A stretch of DNA of 58,710 nucleotides, counting the filler, from Sphacelaria rigidula (lineage: Eukaryota): NCBI GenBank assembly GCA_964200075.2. It is 5 parts of 5 records of this genome, joined end to end, with 100 filler letters (N's around TTAATTAATTAA, not from the genome) between each part and the next. Parts side by side here need not be neighbours in the genome. Positions count along the whole stretch, not along the records: positions 35,289 to 46,950 come from CAXNAA020004653.1; positions 47,051 to 58,710 come from CAXNAA020004654.1; 3 more parts are not named here. One strand, 5' to 3'. Position numbers and translations under genes: made by a program. Shown piece after piece: positions 36,385-50,606 of the stretch (position 1 is its first letter; every line of letters begins with the position of its first letter). Under the pieces are notes generated by a model, which was not told where the DNA came from, did not search any database, and saw only the letters and a program-made list of their open reading frames with translations.

Positions 36385-37440
36385 TCGTAGTCATTGTCGA
36401 TTTTGGCGAGAATTTTGTGGGGCGGGGCGGAGGGGCAGCAAACGTGTTTCATTGCAACTCGGTCACATCCGTCAAACACCAAATTTTTGCGACAATTATG
36501 TCGAAACTAATCCCACTTGGTTGGGTAGCTCTGAACAAACAGAAAGCTCAGAGCTCTGCGAACGTGTTCGTCGAGTTCGGTGTTGCCAAACACGGAGAAG
36601 AATGCTCAACTTTGTTCCGAAAATCCGGGGATGGGCCAATTTATTCCCCGAATGGCCTCTTTTCCCTCTTTGGTGCCAGAGAGTGATGCATCGTGGGGCA
36701 TGGTGATGCATTGCGATGCGTAAATGTTTGTGCCGGAGTAAAACATATGGAACGTCCTGGCTCTAGGTGTTCCATTTTCGCAGCATTGTCGATTTCTGGT
36801 GATTAGGGGGCATCACTCAACGTGCGTCGTAGTACCTTAATCGTAAGGTATGAACACCAGATTTTGGGAGATTACTGTCAATACGTATCTCGATGGGTTT
36901 ATGAAGCAGTAAAAGAAAAAAACGTCTTCGTCGAGTACGGCGTTGCCAAACACAGAATGAATGGCGAAATTTGTTCCGAAAACTAGGGGATAGGCCATTT
37001 TCATCCCCGGAATTTTTTTTTTCCTTGCAAAGTGGACTGCACTAGTGTCACATACATTTGTACCAAAAGAGGAGGGGGCCTGAAACGTCCCAGGAGTCCC
37101 ATTTTTGTAGTCATTACCGATTTCTGGTGAAAACTGAATGATTAGGGGGCACCACTCCACGTGCGTGATAGAGCACCTTAATCACAACCGATGAGCACGA
37201 AATTTTGGGAGATTCCTATCAAAACGTATTTCGATGGGTTGAAAAAGAAAACAAAAACAAAACATTAGTTTCGTCGAGTACGGCGTCGCCAAACACCGAC
37301 TTAATGACGAAATTTGTTCCGAAAAACAGGGGATAGGCGATTTTCATCCCCGGATTGAAATTTTCTTCCTTTTCCTTATTTGAAAACGGACCGCACTAAT
37401 CTAATTAACATTTGTACCAAAGGAGAAGGTCTGAGACGTC
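36385..37440. repeat. Diverged tandem repeat, ~350-bp unit x3
   Basis: ttcgtcgagt.cgg.gt.gccaaacac...tttgttccgaaaa...gggat.ggc recurs at ~36567, ~36927 and ~37270. Confidence 0.8.
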
Positions 37441-38830
37441 TACGGTCGCGAGAAATCAACTGCTGTGTAAAGTGTACCGTAATTGAAACAGGGGGTGTTT
37501 TTGCCCCATTTTTTACGTCAATAGAGCCATACTCCACATCTACTCCTGCGACTTGGTTTGATTATTTTTCAAGTTTGAGAAGCTTAGATGATAAAATTAC
37601 CAATTACCTCTCTCCGGGTACTTTGGGCATTGCTCTACGTGTCGTGGTGTCCACGAACCAGAGTTTTTCCCATCAGGTGCCTTAAGCGTACCTTAATTGG
37701 TACGTTTACCTCTAGCAGCTTCGCTACTGAAAGATTGAACCCTCTGTTCTTGCGTCAACGACTACATTCTATCCGGGGTATTGGGATATTTGTCCGCGAT
37801 CTCAGGTCTATGTGGGATAGTCATCCGGAGGATCGCAGATCTAACCGGAATATTCATCTGGAATGTGGAAGTCCATCTGGATTATTCATCTAGGATGTCC
37901 ATCTGAAACCTCACGTCCGTCCGGAAAATACACCTGGGACCTCGCATCCGCCTTAAATGTCCATACTCATCTGCACGTACACAGCACGACGGCGTGTCAG
38001 CACACGCCAGCGCAGGCGCACGCTCTTTCAGAGTAACCTCCACTGCGCTCTACCTGCGCATGTTCCCCCGGATGTTCACCCCACCAGCATACATACACTA
38101 CGCCAGGCTCTAGCAGTGTACTCTCCTCAGATGTGTACCCTACTAGCGCATACTTACCCAATTGTGTGGACACCGGTTTGTGTCAGGGCTAGGCCTGTGA
38201 CTACCTACCTGGGACATCCATCTGAGATCCCACACCCATCAAGGATGTTGGGAATTTCAATATGCACATCCACCCGGGATGCCGGGAATCCGACATGGAC
38301 ATTAATCTCGAATATGATTATTCGTCAGAAATGTCCGTACGGGCGCCCATCTAGGGCATCTAGGATCCATCTGAGATACAAGTATCACCTATAATATACA
38401 TCCAAGATGGGGATGCCCACCTGGGCGAGCGGCCGCCTGAAGCGTCCAATTGGGACTATGGCGTCGATCTGGGATGTCCAGTTGGGCCCTGGATGTCCAA
38501 GACGGGCATTCAAATTAGACGTGGAATTCTACCTAAAACATCCCACCTGATGAGACCGGTTTATCTTATCGGCGCGTTCTCTGGATACAGAGTCGGTCCT
38601 GCTCAGAACCAAACCGAACCTCAAATCCCGGCGCTATCCCAGATGGAGGTTACACGATAATGCAGGAAGCTCGTTCTATGTAGCTTGTTCTATGATTCCC
38701 GGAAGTCACTCCTTCACAGAAGAAGGAAACACCTCTGGATTATGCGCACCTTCTGTTCCGTTTCCTCAAGCTCCCATGACGTATGCAACACAGGTTTTGG
38801 AGTCACTCACACACTACCGGCGAAACTCAC

Positions 38831-41800
38831 CTTTGATTGAAGGGGACGGAGGGGACGAACTGAAGCCCCGAAGTTGTCAACGCTCCGGCGAGCCAAGAAT
38901 GCAATCCCTGGAGAGTATCTTCATCCACGATCCGCCGCAATCTCGAGGCCTGCGCGGTATTCAATGCACAAGGTGCCAATCCTCCGACTGCACCAAAAGA
39001 GACGCCATGTCCCGTCATTTTGCGCCCCCAATCCGAAACAACGATTGGAGTTTTTCTCCCTCCCGTGATATCGGCGTCATTTTCCACGTCTCGGGTTGTT
39101 GGTGTAGCTCTTTTACTGATACATTCACGCTCAGATTTCGAATTTGTCTGCCGCTGTAGTCGCTGACGATGATCGCAGGACCCTGGCAGAATCGCGTTAG
39201 TTGCTCCCCCTTCCACGAGCAACCGAGACGAAGGATGGAGCGGTTTGCGGGATGTTGTAGATGTTGTAGATGGGGTGCGTACAGCTGCTGTTGAGGGCGG
39301 GCGTGGGCATTGATCTGTGAGAATCACGGTCGCCTGCCGCCATCGTTCCTAGTATATATTGGGGAGAAGGACAGTGCAAAGGTGGCTAATGGTTCGACAG
39401 TGGTAACTTAGAGTCATGCATGGACACCAGGGATACGCGTGTTGTCCTTTCTCGGGGTTACACAAGTACGAGACGCGCGCACAGCACACGCACACAAAGA
39501 GTCAGCATCCGTTGCGATGATGATGCCGCCTCGAACTCTAAAATGGAGAAAAACCCCGCCAAACATGATGAAAAAATCGCATGCACCATGTACAAGAGTA
39601 GCAGCTGCCGCAGCAGTAGAGAGAGAATGAAAAAGGAAGTACAGCTGAGACGATGCAACATGCGTGCAAGATCGAAACGCGCTCGAGGTATGCAAGCGCT
39701 GCCATGGAGGCAATCCACGCTGACCGTTTCATACCGTTCGCGTGAAGCGAGGTGTTTTTCTAAACTGAACATGAAGCCGATCCTATTTCGAAATAAAAGT
39801 GATGCTGATGCCACGATTAAATATTTTGCTTCGTCTTCAACCCCAAGAGGAGCATAGGTGTCCCTTGACAGGGGCACATGCAAAGGCTTCACACCCAACC
39901 CCAACAATATCAGAAGTAAACGTGAGGAACTTATTGCCCCCGCCAACCAAAAAGCGCACAGCTCGAGTCGCAGCTGCGCATCAGCTCGTGGTGCGCGACC
40001 TTGCACAAATCTGTTCAGAATCCAATCAAACGGTTTTTGGTGTGAGACGCGCGCAAAGCACACGCACACGAAGGGTCCGCACCCTTTGATATGATGCCAA
40101 TTCAAATTCTGAAAAGAAGCAAGAACCCGCCGGTCATGATGAAGAAAAATCACATGTACCGAAAAGTAGCGGAAACGGCTGCAGCAGCAGCAGCAGAGAA
40201 ACAGTAGAAGAGGGAGTAGAGTTGAGGCGATGCGACATGTGTGCACGATCAAAACACCCTCCAGGTGGGCCAGTGGTGGCACCCTGACCGTTTTATACTG
40301 ATGACGTGAAGAGACGTGGTTTGTCAGTTGATCATGATGCCGACTCAATTTTCAAGCAAACATGATACCGATTCCACGGATGAAGAACGATTGAGGCGGA
40401 TGACGATACTTCCGACTGTCGACTGAGACAGGGATAGAGTAATCGCATCAAGCGGAACGCATCGAAACGCCATGACACCATGCAGAAGACAGCGTACAGA
40501 ACACATTCACGCTAAACTCAAGCAGACCAAAACGCACCCTACTATCCAGCGAAATGCGAGCGAGATGTCTCCTGAAAGGTCTCAGCGAAAAACACGTACT
40601 CTAAATATCAAGTGAAGGCAAAACGATGGCCTGTGAGAGCCCCACACCGACATAAAACCTGTCTTTCGGAAGACATTTGGTGAAAGTATAATTGCTATAA
40701 TTGCTATCTATACGTGCGGAGTACGTGCGTGGATACTCACTGTTTAGCACTCCTCGGAAAGGCATGCTCTTTTGTGGAATTGTCCAGTTGACAAAACTTG
40801 AACAACTGATGGATTTCAACAACTAACATTTTCTGGTCAATAGCATGGAATTGCCTTGTACTGTCTTTCCCCTTGATTTCTCCGCAATGATCCACTCAAA
40901 GGCAAGAATATACCTCCGCGCTGTGTAAAAGTTCCCCAAGGTCATTCAGGAGGCGTTTCCACGTTCCGGTTCGTGACAAGAAACGCACGTGCGCGCCGAT
41001 GATATCCGGAGAGCACGACGCCTTAACGCTTGACGTGAAGGCGCGTTTTGCCGTGGCGAGTTCCTTTGCCCATGCTTTTAGTCTGGAATGGGAAATGCAG
41101 CTGGTTAGAGGATAGTAGTTTGCACTTGAACTCCCGAGAGCGGAGCACATATGGAAAAATTCTGAAGCATCCATAGTTCTGGTCAGAGTGTGAAGATGGT
41201 CGATTGACGAACATTTCAGTGGCATATCATCGGTAGTGGTCGATGGTTATATCAGTGGTGTGGTGCGGTGTCGAAGTACATGCCCTTGCTTGGGCACACG
41301 TAAAATCGATGGTTTGGAGGTTGTATATCTCGCGCTAAGATGACACGAGGCGAAATTCGCCCTGAAGTTACAGCAACATGATCATCCCGCTGTGAGCCTT
41401 CGCGCATCCAGTGATCTGAATACATGAACACTACCACCAACTGCCAAGCAGCTGTGAAGCAATCACCTTTGAATCATTCGCCTCTCCACCCGCGCCCGTA
41501 GAGCTGCCTTCTTCTCCCGTCGATACTCGAGAAACATCAGTAAGCGTCCGAAGTAGTGACGCAGTCTGAGACCGTTGTGCCAAGATCCAAGGTCATGGGC
41601 GACGGCCACAGCCCACTCGACGTTCGCGTAAGATAGTCCCTGACGACATTCGATGGAACATGTTCACGGTAGTGACAAAACGCCGTCTTCATGCACGAAA
41701 CACAAACACACGGAGGTAACTCTTTCTGGAGTCAGACGTTGCCGATGAAATCATTTTGTGAGGAAGAGTCGATGGCCAGAAGCCGGTAAAGAAAGACTAG

Positions 41801-42620
41801 AATAATCGAAACGCACAACCCTGACCTAGGGATGGCCTCTCGCGTACCTCTAAGCAGCGACACCCAACCACGGCACCTTTTTCACATGGTTCCAGAGCTC
41901 GGAATCGTCCTTGTGCTCCCCGTTTCGACGTTCCACTTCTTTCACCACCCTCTTCAGCGTGCCCATCTTGGGCTGGTTTACTGCGGAAGGAAGGGGGGTT
42001 TCTCGTTCGGGCAAGCTCCCGAGCCTCGAAAAGGCCTTCTTCCACCTGAGCACACGCGGAAGCAACGGGGTGATATCCATGATCGGAAACATAGTAGAAT
42101 GAAAGTCGCCGAATTATACTGTGATACTCGGTTCGCGACGCCCATCGTGGACACGCGGACGAAACAGAGCTTGTATGTGTGCGTCGATCTTGGTTCTTCT
42201 GATCGCCCACAATCGGTGGCGCCGACTCCGTTCGGCGGACCAATTGATGGACGCGCTGATTTGGTCGCCAGGGGGCAACCTCGTTGTGACGTCTTGAAGC
42301 AAATCCAAATCGGATAACCCGACAAGAAAGGCGAATTCGTTACCAAGTGGTGGACACGCGGCGTGAGTGAGTGCTATCGCCGCCAAAAATCACACGCCTT
42401 ACATCTGTAGCGGCACGCGCGTCGAATCTACCGCTTTCCCATGCTCTTATTGTATCTTATTATTCTGGTATGTGCTGGCCGCAAGACCGGGTGTGAGACG
42501 CACCGGGCGGCGCACGCATCGCGTTCTTCTTGCTGTGTGCTGCGCCAATTTCGACCTTGGCTGTCTTGCCATTCCAGCTTGTCACGCAAGATCCTCTCAG
42601 CCCTTCGTGCCCGGACAATT
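38831..42620 (-). CDS. Partial multi-exon gene of unknown function
   Basis: Phase-compatible exons: ~42128-42373 (AFLVGLSDLDLLQDVTTRLPP...), 41877-41980 (NQPKMGTLKRVVKEVERR...NHVKK), 41467-41639 (GLSYANVEWAVAVAHDLG...VERRMIQR), 40914-41082 (LKAWAKELATAKRAF...LHSAE) and 38831-39153 (ends AG|GTGAGT). Candidate upstream exon at ~42503-42621. No recognisable domain. Confidence 0.6.
39517..40384. repeat. Diverged ~300-bp direct duplication (39517-39820 and 40090-40384) in an intron
   Basis: Collinear blocks: tgatgcc; catgatgaa...aaaatc.catg.acc; cgatgc.acatg.gtgca.gatc.aaac; ctgaccgttt.atac.g; cgtgaag.ga. Confidence 0.7.
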
Positions 42621-45600
42621 CTCTGCGGTAGTGTCGAGCGTTTTCGTATGTTTGATGTGTAAGGTAGCGTCGGCTGCCGCGAGAACGTTCCGCGATTGCG
42701 GCAAGGTACGCCAATGCTGCCGGATGAAGATAACGCCCGTTAAATCTTTCGAGTATAGATTGTCCACACCGTCAGAATATGGTAGCATTCACGAAGATCG
42801 ATACGAGCGGGTCTGAGCCCTGAAGTATTGTGCAAAGTACATTTGGACCACAGAGTAGACTGGGGGCGAATGGGGGGGGAGGGGGGGCGTACTCATTTGT
42901 TGCTTGCCTTAGTCACCATTGACCACGCATCCCTTTCGAGACGGAGCACCGTCAATGGGGGGGGGAGGACAAAGCTAAAAATGACCGGCCTCTAAAACAT
43001 GCCTTCAGATGGGAAAGGTTTCGCGGAACAGCACAAGCACTCAGACCCAAACGAACACGCGGAAGCCGTGGGACCATTGGGACGTGAAAGTAAACCGGGG
43101 CCGTCGACTGGGACATTGGGCGTCTACATAGAACGTCCGGCGTGTTTAAACCGTACGACCATGTCGGACAAAGTTGACCTTTATTCAGTTTGCGACCCAA
43201 TCCAACCCCAACCATAACCCGAACCCAGACTCAGAGTCATGAACAACTTGTGTGCTAGCGGTGCAATTGTGACCCCATTTTGCAACGCGGGGGTAGAGTG
43301 CAGTGCGGTGTGCGTCAGAGTGCATATATCAGGGGCATCCGTGTCTCAAAACTCGCGATATATCGGTTCTTAGAGCCAAAAATCAGTGGACTTGGGCGGT
43401 GGATGAGAGCAGGTCATCCGCGGCATATTGTGTGCTTCTCCTCCGAATGAGAGTTATGCTCCAGCGGGAGGTAGGCCTCCACAGTGCAGTGGGGTCCCAC
43501 CACACTGCCGTCCTCTAACGCACCGGATACCACCACAGTGCGGTCAAGATTAACTTGTTGCAGATCTGATATGCAATACTAATATTAAGTAGCTGCATTA
43601 TATCAAAGTAATATCGAGGTCCCCGGACAGTGCGCTTATGCCAGGCTAGCGACCCACCGCACAATGCTAGGGCTCTCAATGTACGGTAAGAATCGAGACC
43701 ATCGGTATGGGCCTTTTCATGTACTGCCGACCGATCGAAAACTGTTCTCATGAAGGTAATTAATGTAGTGCCTTCCGCACCCACCGATAGTCATGAACCA
43801 CCCAGTGCAGGCAGTATCACTTTGCAGGACCTATCCGTATCCTTGTACACTTCGTATCTTCGTGATTTTCAGGCAGGAATACACGGTACTCTGGGGCAGG
43901 GTAGCTGGTGTCCAAGAAAGGAAGCAGAGGGCGGTCGCGGTACTATGCGACGATATGCAAGAAGCATATATATCAATCGAGATACCGACTGGGCCGGAGG
44001 GAGGTGGCTACAAGTCTCCGATTCCAGTCTACGAGCACCCACCCCTGCACACATTCATGTTTTTAGTTGCGAGAGAGAGAGAGATAGAGAGAGAAATTGG
44101 TGTGCCGCGGTGGGTCGCCACGCATTGTACGCTGGTCGAGTATATCTTGGGTAGCGTCTACCAGCCGGGGTGCCGTGCTTCGTACGCGAAGACGTACGTC
44201 CCAACCAAAGGTTCGCCTGCCAGACTGATGTAAGGTTCCAGGGGGATGGCAAAGATGGATGTTCGTGACTCAGATGGAAATCGTGTCAGTACGACGATGT
44301 CAGTCCGTAGACCGTCTAGCATACCGTAGTCAGCACACAAGGCAGGCAGACGTGGCCTAAAGCGATTCTTGATCGATAGCAGACATCTGCTCTTACATTC
44401 GTACTATCTCTGCTACCTGATGGAACACGAGTAGTACCGATGTAAACTCGGATGTGTGAATCGTAGGAGCTATGTTAGAGGCACACAGCTGTGATCGATA
44501 TGTATATATCGGTAGATAAAAGTCATATTACGATTCTCAATCGATGCAGAACTCAACTGACCAGCGCCGCGGCTGATTACACATCCTACGCAAAGCTTAT
44601 CCGTCATTGCGTGCCGTTGACAACCACCAACCAGGGCCATCACTGTCTTGGGTATTATTGATTGTAACCCCTCCGTATTTGGAGGATGACGCACGATGTT
44701 ATATTGCGGCGTCACCGGTTTCACAGCTGGTGACACCAAATAACTCAGCCCTTCCTTGCGACTAACATATTTTTACATACACACCACTCTGCTCTTCTTT
44801 AGTATGATCCGCCTCGTGGGCGGATAACCGAGTGAGGTCGGCCATGCCTTCTTTGCTGTAGGCTCCAAGTATCAAAAGAAGATCTCGTACTGCATGCAAA
44901 AAGCATCGCGGTCGAGAGTTTTCAAAGATGCGGAAGAGTTAGGCCTACGCATTATTATCGATTTTTCCTTTCGGCGATTTCCGCGAAATTTCGAACATCG
45001 ATGACTCTCGAAAGCTTGTGAGCGGTACGCTGTACGCACAGGAGAACAACTGTCCGAAGCGCTGGGTTGCAGTCCTAAGTTTGCATCCTTGCAAAAAAAA
45101 AATTAGTCAGGAAAAAAGTAAACCCACTCCATGGTTGGATAAGCCCGAACGCAGCGTCCGACATGTCCGAAAAATTCGAAGGTCTCCAAAAATCAGTGTC
45201 GATAATAATGGACCTTGGTTGGGTTCGTCATAGGACCAACCGACGATACAGGGTCACGTATCGGCGCAATACCCATCTCATCGGAGGGGTGGAGAGCCAA
45301 ATCGTCGCCGAAAAATAGTCGCCTCCAGACGTTTCTTGAGGGAGCACAGGGTGCTTAATGATTTTGATGGTGTTTCAATTCAGCGACATGACGGTTGGTT
45401 GAGCCTGCGGTAATACACAACAAACACACGTGTCGTTGTGCATCGAATACTCATCGGTCGGATTGCCTTCTTATTGAACTGAATCAACCCCTTTACCGTA
45501 GCGCGCCCCACGAGTTGACGTGCATAATGTATTCTCAAAGTAATCGAGATCACATTCAAGCAGTAATACTTGTACCATGCGGTTATCGTCTCAAGACTAC

Positions 45601-47843
45601 AGAAACAGAATTGCAAAGCAAACTGCGCGTGTTCTCCCTGTCCCGTATTACATGCAGTGAAAATGACTCACCTGTGTTCATGTGCATCCGGGCAACAATC
45701 GCCTAAAAGTAGCGAAGCGTACGGGCAGGAAACGCTTCACCTCCACATGTAGTATCCTCACCCGGAGAGTTCAGTACCGTGAAATACAGTACGAGTAAAG
45801 TTTGCGCGAGTTGATCGCCAATTCCATGATTGAAGAGCTCTTGGTGTCCATGTGGACTTGTAACGTATTCGGCATATTTTGAAAACTGATGATCCCAGGT
45901 GCTCCACATTACGTGCAGGAGCTCAAATCGGCGTTCGTGCCAATCTGAGCTCTATCAACCCATACTTCTCCTAGCGAAACCGACGTACTCCCCTGACCGA
46001 GGATTCTCAGTATCCCGTGGGTAAGGGCTAGGGTTGGGGATTTCATAAAGCACGACTCATCAACCATAGTTCTTGGTCGGCATCCACATAAAACGTAGCC
46101 CGTGACAAATGTAATTGTTGAATTCCTAGGTTGATAAGTCTTTCTACTGTCGTTGTGAAGGATTTCATATAAGTGGATGCGGTGGCCTTCGCGCTCACGA
46201 ACACTCGGACACCTATCTACCCATTTGTTAAATTGCAGCGGTAAACAGGTTAGCTCCTGGACCACGAGCAGGTGAGTTTGTACTACCGGAGGACCATTTG
46301 TAGGTGTAAGCAGGCCACAGATGGTTTGCGTTGGCTACACAGACTCAAAACAGCTACGTTGCACTCATATGGTTGATGTTGCGGGCAGCTGCGACCTAGG
46401 TATCGACAAAACGCTGTGAATACACTTCTGGGGACACTCGTTTGTATGTTCTCTGGAGTGCGGTGTCTACTTGCCGACGCTGAACCGGTACAATGTCTGG
46501 GGTGCGCACACGTTTTAGCGAAAAGGTGGCCTGAGGGTCATCGTGGGATGAACAGTATACTGTACTGCAATCGCCACACTCCGGGGGTTGTTGGTGTGTA
46601 TACAACGTACCAGGACGTTGTCAAGAGATTATTTTATTCGAGCGCAAATCGTCATCACCCAAAAAGGAATACAATTTGACAAACCGCTTTGGCCATCGTG
46701 ATTGCTGGTTTGAATGGTACGGCCATCTGACAACTTGAATCACCCCTGCGGATGGATTGACAACACCACTGGCTTCGCCCCCCTGCTTGAAGCGCTGCCA
46801 GAGAGTGATATTTCCCCATCGAATCTGAACCGGACAGCTTTTTTTTTCTCCTTACACTTTTAACCCCTCCCCTTCCTAGGAAAGTAATGAGCGCCAGAAT
46901 GTTGGAGGTGTCTCTATTAGGAGTAGGAACGGTGCTCCGTCTCGAAAGGGNNNNNNNNNNNNNNNNNNNNNNNNNNNNNNNNNNNNNNNNNNNNTTAATT
47001 AATTAANNNNNNNNNNNNNNNNNNNNNNNNNNNNNNNNNNNNNNNNNNNNCGTCTGTGTCGATGAGATACTGCTTCTAGAGCTTAAATCCGTTTTTAGGC
47101 TGACCCAGCTCGTAGTGAAACACATAGCAGAGCTTCAGACAAGGACAGTCGCCGTAGCATGAAGAGTTTACACGTGTTATTGCCGTACGCTCCGGTGTCG
47201 AACGAATTCAGACATCTGGGTGACTGATCTGGGTGACTGATTACAACAAAATCTGTATCAACAAATGGGACGAAGCCATGTAACGTGCGACGCTGTCCTG
47301 TGTACTCCACGTCTGCTGCACCAAAGCGTGGTACACCGCTCATACGCGATTGTTTGGGGCATGTCGCGGGTATTTATCAGTTGATGTATCGTATACATGC
47401 ACATGGATGGGTGCAGGAGTTACATTTCGAAAATCCTTCAGACAACGCATGACGAACATCCTACACTAAAGCATGAGGGTTCGGAGTCCCCAGGCAATCC
47501 CGCCAAAAACGCGTCCAATATTTTTCAAGGGCAGATCGGGTAGGGTACATACTTTTGAGTGCCCGAACAACGGGTAGAGCTAGATATGATATCAGCACTC
47601 TACCCATATATTGGGTTACCAACAAGTAATCTCAGCAAAACCCGGGTATGTAGAGTATCACCTGGGTGTGATCTCAGTAACACTGACTGTGACGGTAAAT
47701 GATAACCACAAAGAAACGAAAAAAATGTGAAGCTTCACCGTCTCCCAAACGACAACGCCGATTTTTTTACAGATTATAGTGTTGAGGACCGAGCGCTGAT
47801 CATCTTCGGGTATTTGAGTAAATGGGTAGGCAGGTAGAGCGAG

Positions 47844-48271
47844 CACGGGGTCCGGTTCGTGGGGCTGCTCTTTGCAACTTTTACCCGTCTTGGTGTCCTA
47901 CGACGTGGATCGCAAACTGAGCAGGAATCAATAAAATATTCATTACTGTGAACTAGGCTCCGCTAGGGCTGAGGCAGTAGAGTCACGGGTTCGGAAGAAG
48001 AGCGTTGTTGTGCCCTGCTGCCAAAGGATCTCCAAAGCGAGGCGTAATTTTCTCTCCTTGTTTAGGCAAGGATTTGGCCCTGGCCGATGATAGGCAAGAA
48101 GAACAACTGACCGAGCGCGTACGGCGGTACTGCGAACGGCCAGCCAGGGTTTACGCGGTGGCTACTTATTCGGAGCTCTTTCTACCGGAGGCCCCGTGGG
48201 TTACTGCAAATGCAGATTCACAGGCTTGGACGTTTCGAGTCCGCTCATGAATGTCACGGGCGGACCCCGTG
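47844..48271. mobile_element. Candidate CAC...GTG MITE (CACTA/EnSpm-like), 428 bp
   Basis: Perfect 11-bp TIR cacggggtccg / cggaccccgtg, flanked by AG on both sides (possible 2-bp TSD). Confidence 0.5.
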
Positions 48272-48452
48272 AGTGAGGCTGTTTCTCCGGTTTACATGTG
48301 TATTCTGGTACTTATTACGCTCATATATATATATATATATATATGGTTTCAACATTACACGTGTTCAAAGTAATGTGTTGCATAAACAGATGTGTACTAC
48401 AGTTGTACAACCGTACCTTGTAGCACACTGTGGTACTCGCTGTACAAAAATG

Positions 48453-48802
48453 CACAGGCACCGTAGGTAAGGTAGGTACCCGGTACCGGTATTTTGAAAT
48501 GTCATACCTACGATACCAGGGAATTTCGAGATGTCAGTTCCTACTGTACCCGCCAAAGCCGGTATTTTGAAATGTCATGCCTACAATACCTACCCTACCC
48601 GCCCAATCCGGTATTTTCAAAACTCATAGTACCTACGATACCTACGATACCAGGGTATTTAGAGATTTCAATACCTACCGTACCCACCCAACCCGATATT
48701 TTGAAACGTCATGCCTACGATATCTACGCATACCACGGTATGGGATACCCCGGTAAATACCGGGGGTACGCTCGGTACGGTACCTTACCTACGGTGCCTG
48801 TG
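48453..48802. mobile_element. MITE family B (350 bp, CA...TG ends, 8-bp TSD; hAT- or P-like), intact copy
   Basis: Perfect 22-bp TIR cacaggcaccgtaggtaaggta / taccttacctacggtgcctgtg. Perfect TSD CAAAAATG at 48445-48452 and 48803-48810. Interior built of GTACC/GATACC-rich subrepeats. Confidence 0.92.
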
Positions 48803-49022
48803 CAAAAATGCATACAGACAGTAGTTAGATTGCAAGGAGAGGTCGGGTAGAATACGTACTGTGGAGTACCCGAGTATTACTGTATCCAATTTTAAGGGTA
48901 AATCGGGGACGATCTCAGTTCTCCACCCGAAATTGGATAATTTGGGTATGTTCTCAGTGCTCGACCCAAACATTGGGCAAGTAACCTCAGCGACACCTGG
49001 GGGTAGAGTATCACTTGAGTTT

Positions 49023-49075
49023 ATTATGATTATGATTATGATTATGATTATGATTATGATTATTACTATTACTAT
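49023..49075. repeat. (ATTATG)n microsatellite
   Basis: Six perfect units, then degenerate ATTATT/ACTATT. Confidence 0.95.
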
Positions 49076-49371
49076 TTCCGCACATTAGTGGACATGATCT
49101 CAATACTTGACCCATGTCTTGAGAATTACAATTACGACTTTGCGAAATATTCGGGTCAAGAGTATGTCCTACCGGACCTGCCCTTGGATCATAAATACAG
49201 CACCCGTTCGCTGCTGTTACAAGACATCCAACACCGAGGTCACGATAGTATGGAAAAGTCAATGTAAGCTGTGCCATAAGCTTGGAATAGTAATGCGGAA
49301 TTAATCACCTACTACACAGCTAAAGCGTTAGTACAGACAGACAGTTACAGCAGTGTCATACAGCATGTCTG

Positions 49372-49660
49372 CACGAGAACTGTAGGTGAGGTACCGTACC
49401 GAGCGTACCCCCGGTATCGTAGGTATGAGTTTCGAAAATACCCAATTCGGCGGGTACGGGAGGTATTGAAACATCGAAATACCGTACTATCGTGGATATG
49501 ACGTTTGAAAACACCTGACTGAGGGGTTACAGTAGGTCTTGACAGCTCGAACTACCGTGTCATCGTAGGTGTGACATTTGAATATACCCGATTGGGTCGG
49601 TATCGGTAGGGTATGAGATGTCCCCAATACCAGTACCGGGTACCTTCCTCACCTGTATGC
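49372..49660. mobile_element. MITE family B, degenerate inverted copy
   Basis: gtaggtgaggtaccgtaccgagcgtacccccggtat closely matches the reverse complement of the right end of 48453-48802. Same subrepeats; TIRs eroded. Confidence 0.7.
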
Positions 49661-50606
49661 CACTTTCAAAACTGTCATCCGGCAGTACGGAGAAGCGCTT
49701 CTCGGTGTGTCTTGACAAGAAAACTGTTCGAAAAAATGAGGCTGTGGAATTGATTTGAGCGAAAATTGCTCATTTTTGTCGAGTTGGATCCAAGCGGATT
49801 GTCAAGCTTTCGATCGGAAAAAGACAGGGGAAACAGTGAAACGGTACATGGTCACCCGTGTACAGTACAGTATGTATTGTCTGCACTGCTTGCAAGCAGT
49901 GTGTCTTGAGAGCGTGTTCGTACAGTAGGATTTGAAAGAGAGGCGGGCAACGCGCAGTGCAGACAACCCAGGACTATCGATTCTCTCTGCTTGCAATGCG
50001 ACGTGAAAAGGACTTCAACACAACCTGCAGCTTTGTACTGCCTGCACTTTCTATGAGCATGTACACAACTCGGTTGCTAATCGTACCACGCAGTTCCGTC
50101 GCTGATCCTACCATGAAAGAAGATGCGCGAGTTTCCGCCCACCAAAAATTAACAAAGCACACCCGACTACTGCAGTGTATTTTTCCCTGTGCTCAACTCA
50201 TACTCGATGCTGCAGGGTTGCGGTGGTAGCTGAGAGTGAGTTGGACGGAGTTAATGTGGTTCTGTGAACGGGTGTTATCTGGCGCGGTGGTCTGTAAGAT
50301 AGAAATGAAGTGCCGCTTCGTGCCTTTTGTCCGCATGTTTTCGATCGAAGAAGCTTAGCTTTTTCGTTTGTAGTTTTTCCCCGCGCGCCACCAATTGCGA
50401 ATTTGAGTTGGAGCTTTCTCAAAACAGAAATGCGGTGGACCTATCAGATCGAGAAAAAAATCTCGACCGCACTTCACACGCATAATAGTTCATTCGAATT
50501 GACCTGGGTATATATCACTTGTGAAAACAAGACGTACCTGCTCCGACAACTTCTGGCCTTTGCGTAAGTTGGGACCAGCTGCTGCATCGTGGGGAGTGCA
50601 TCGCGT

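Noticed and set aside
45703-46265. Two abutting minus-strand ORFs with a faint glycosyltransferase-like ending (HGIGDQLAQTL)
   Set aside because: Similarity is too weak, the frames are broken and there is no clear splice structure.
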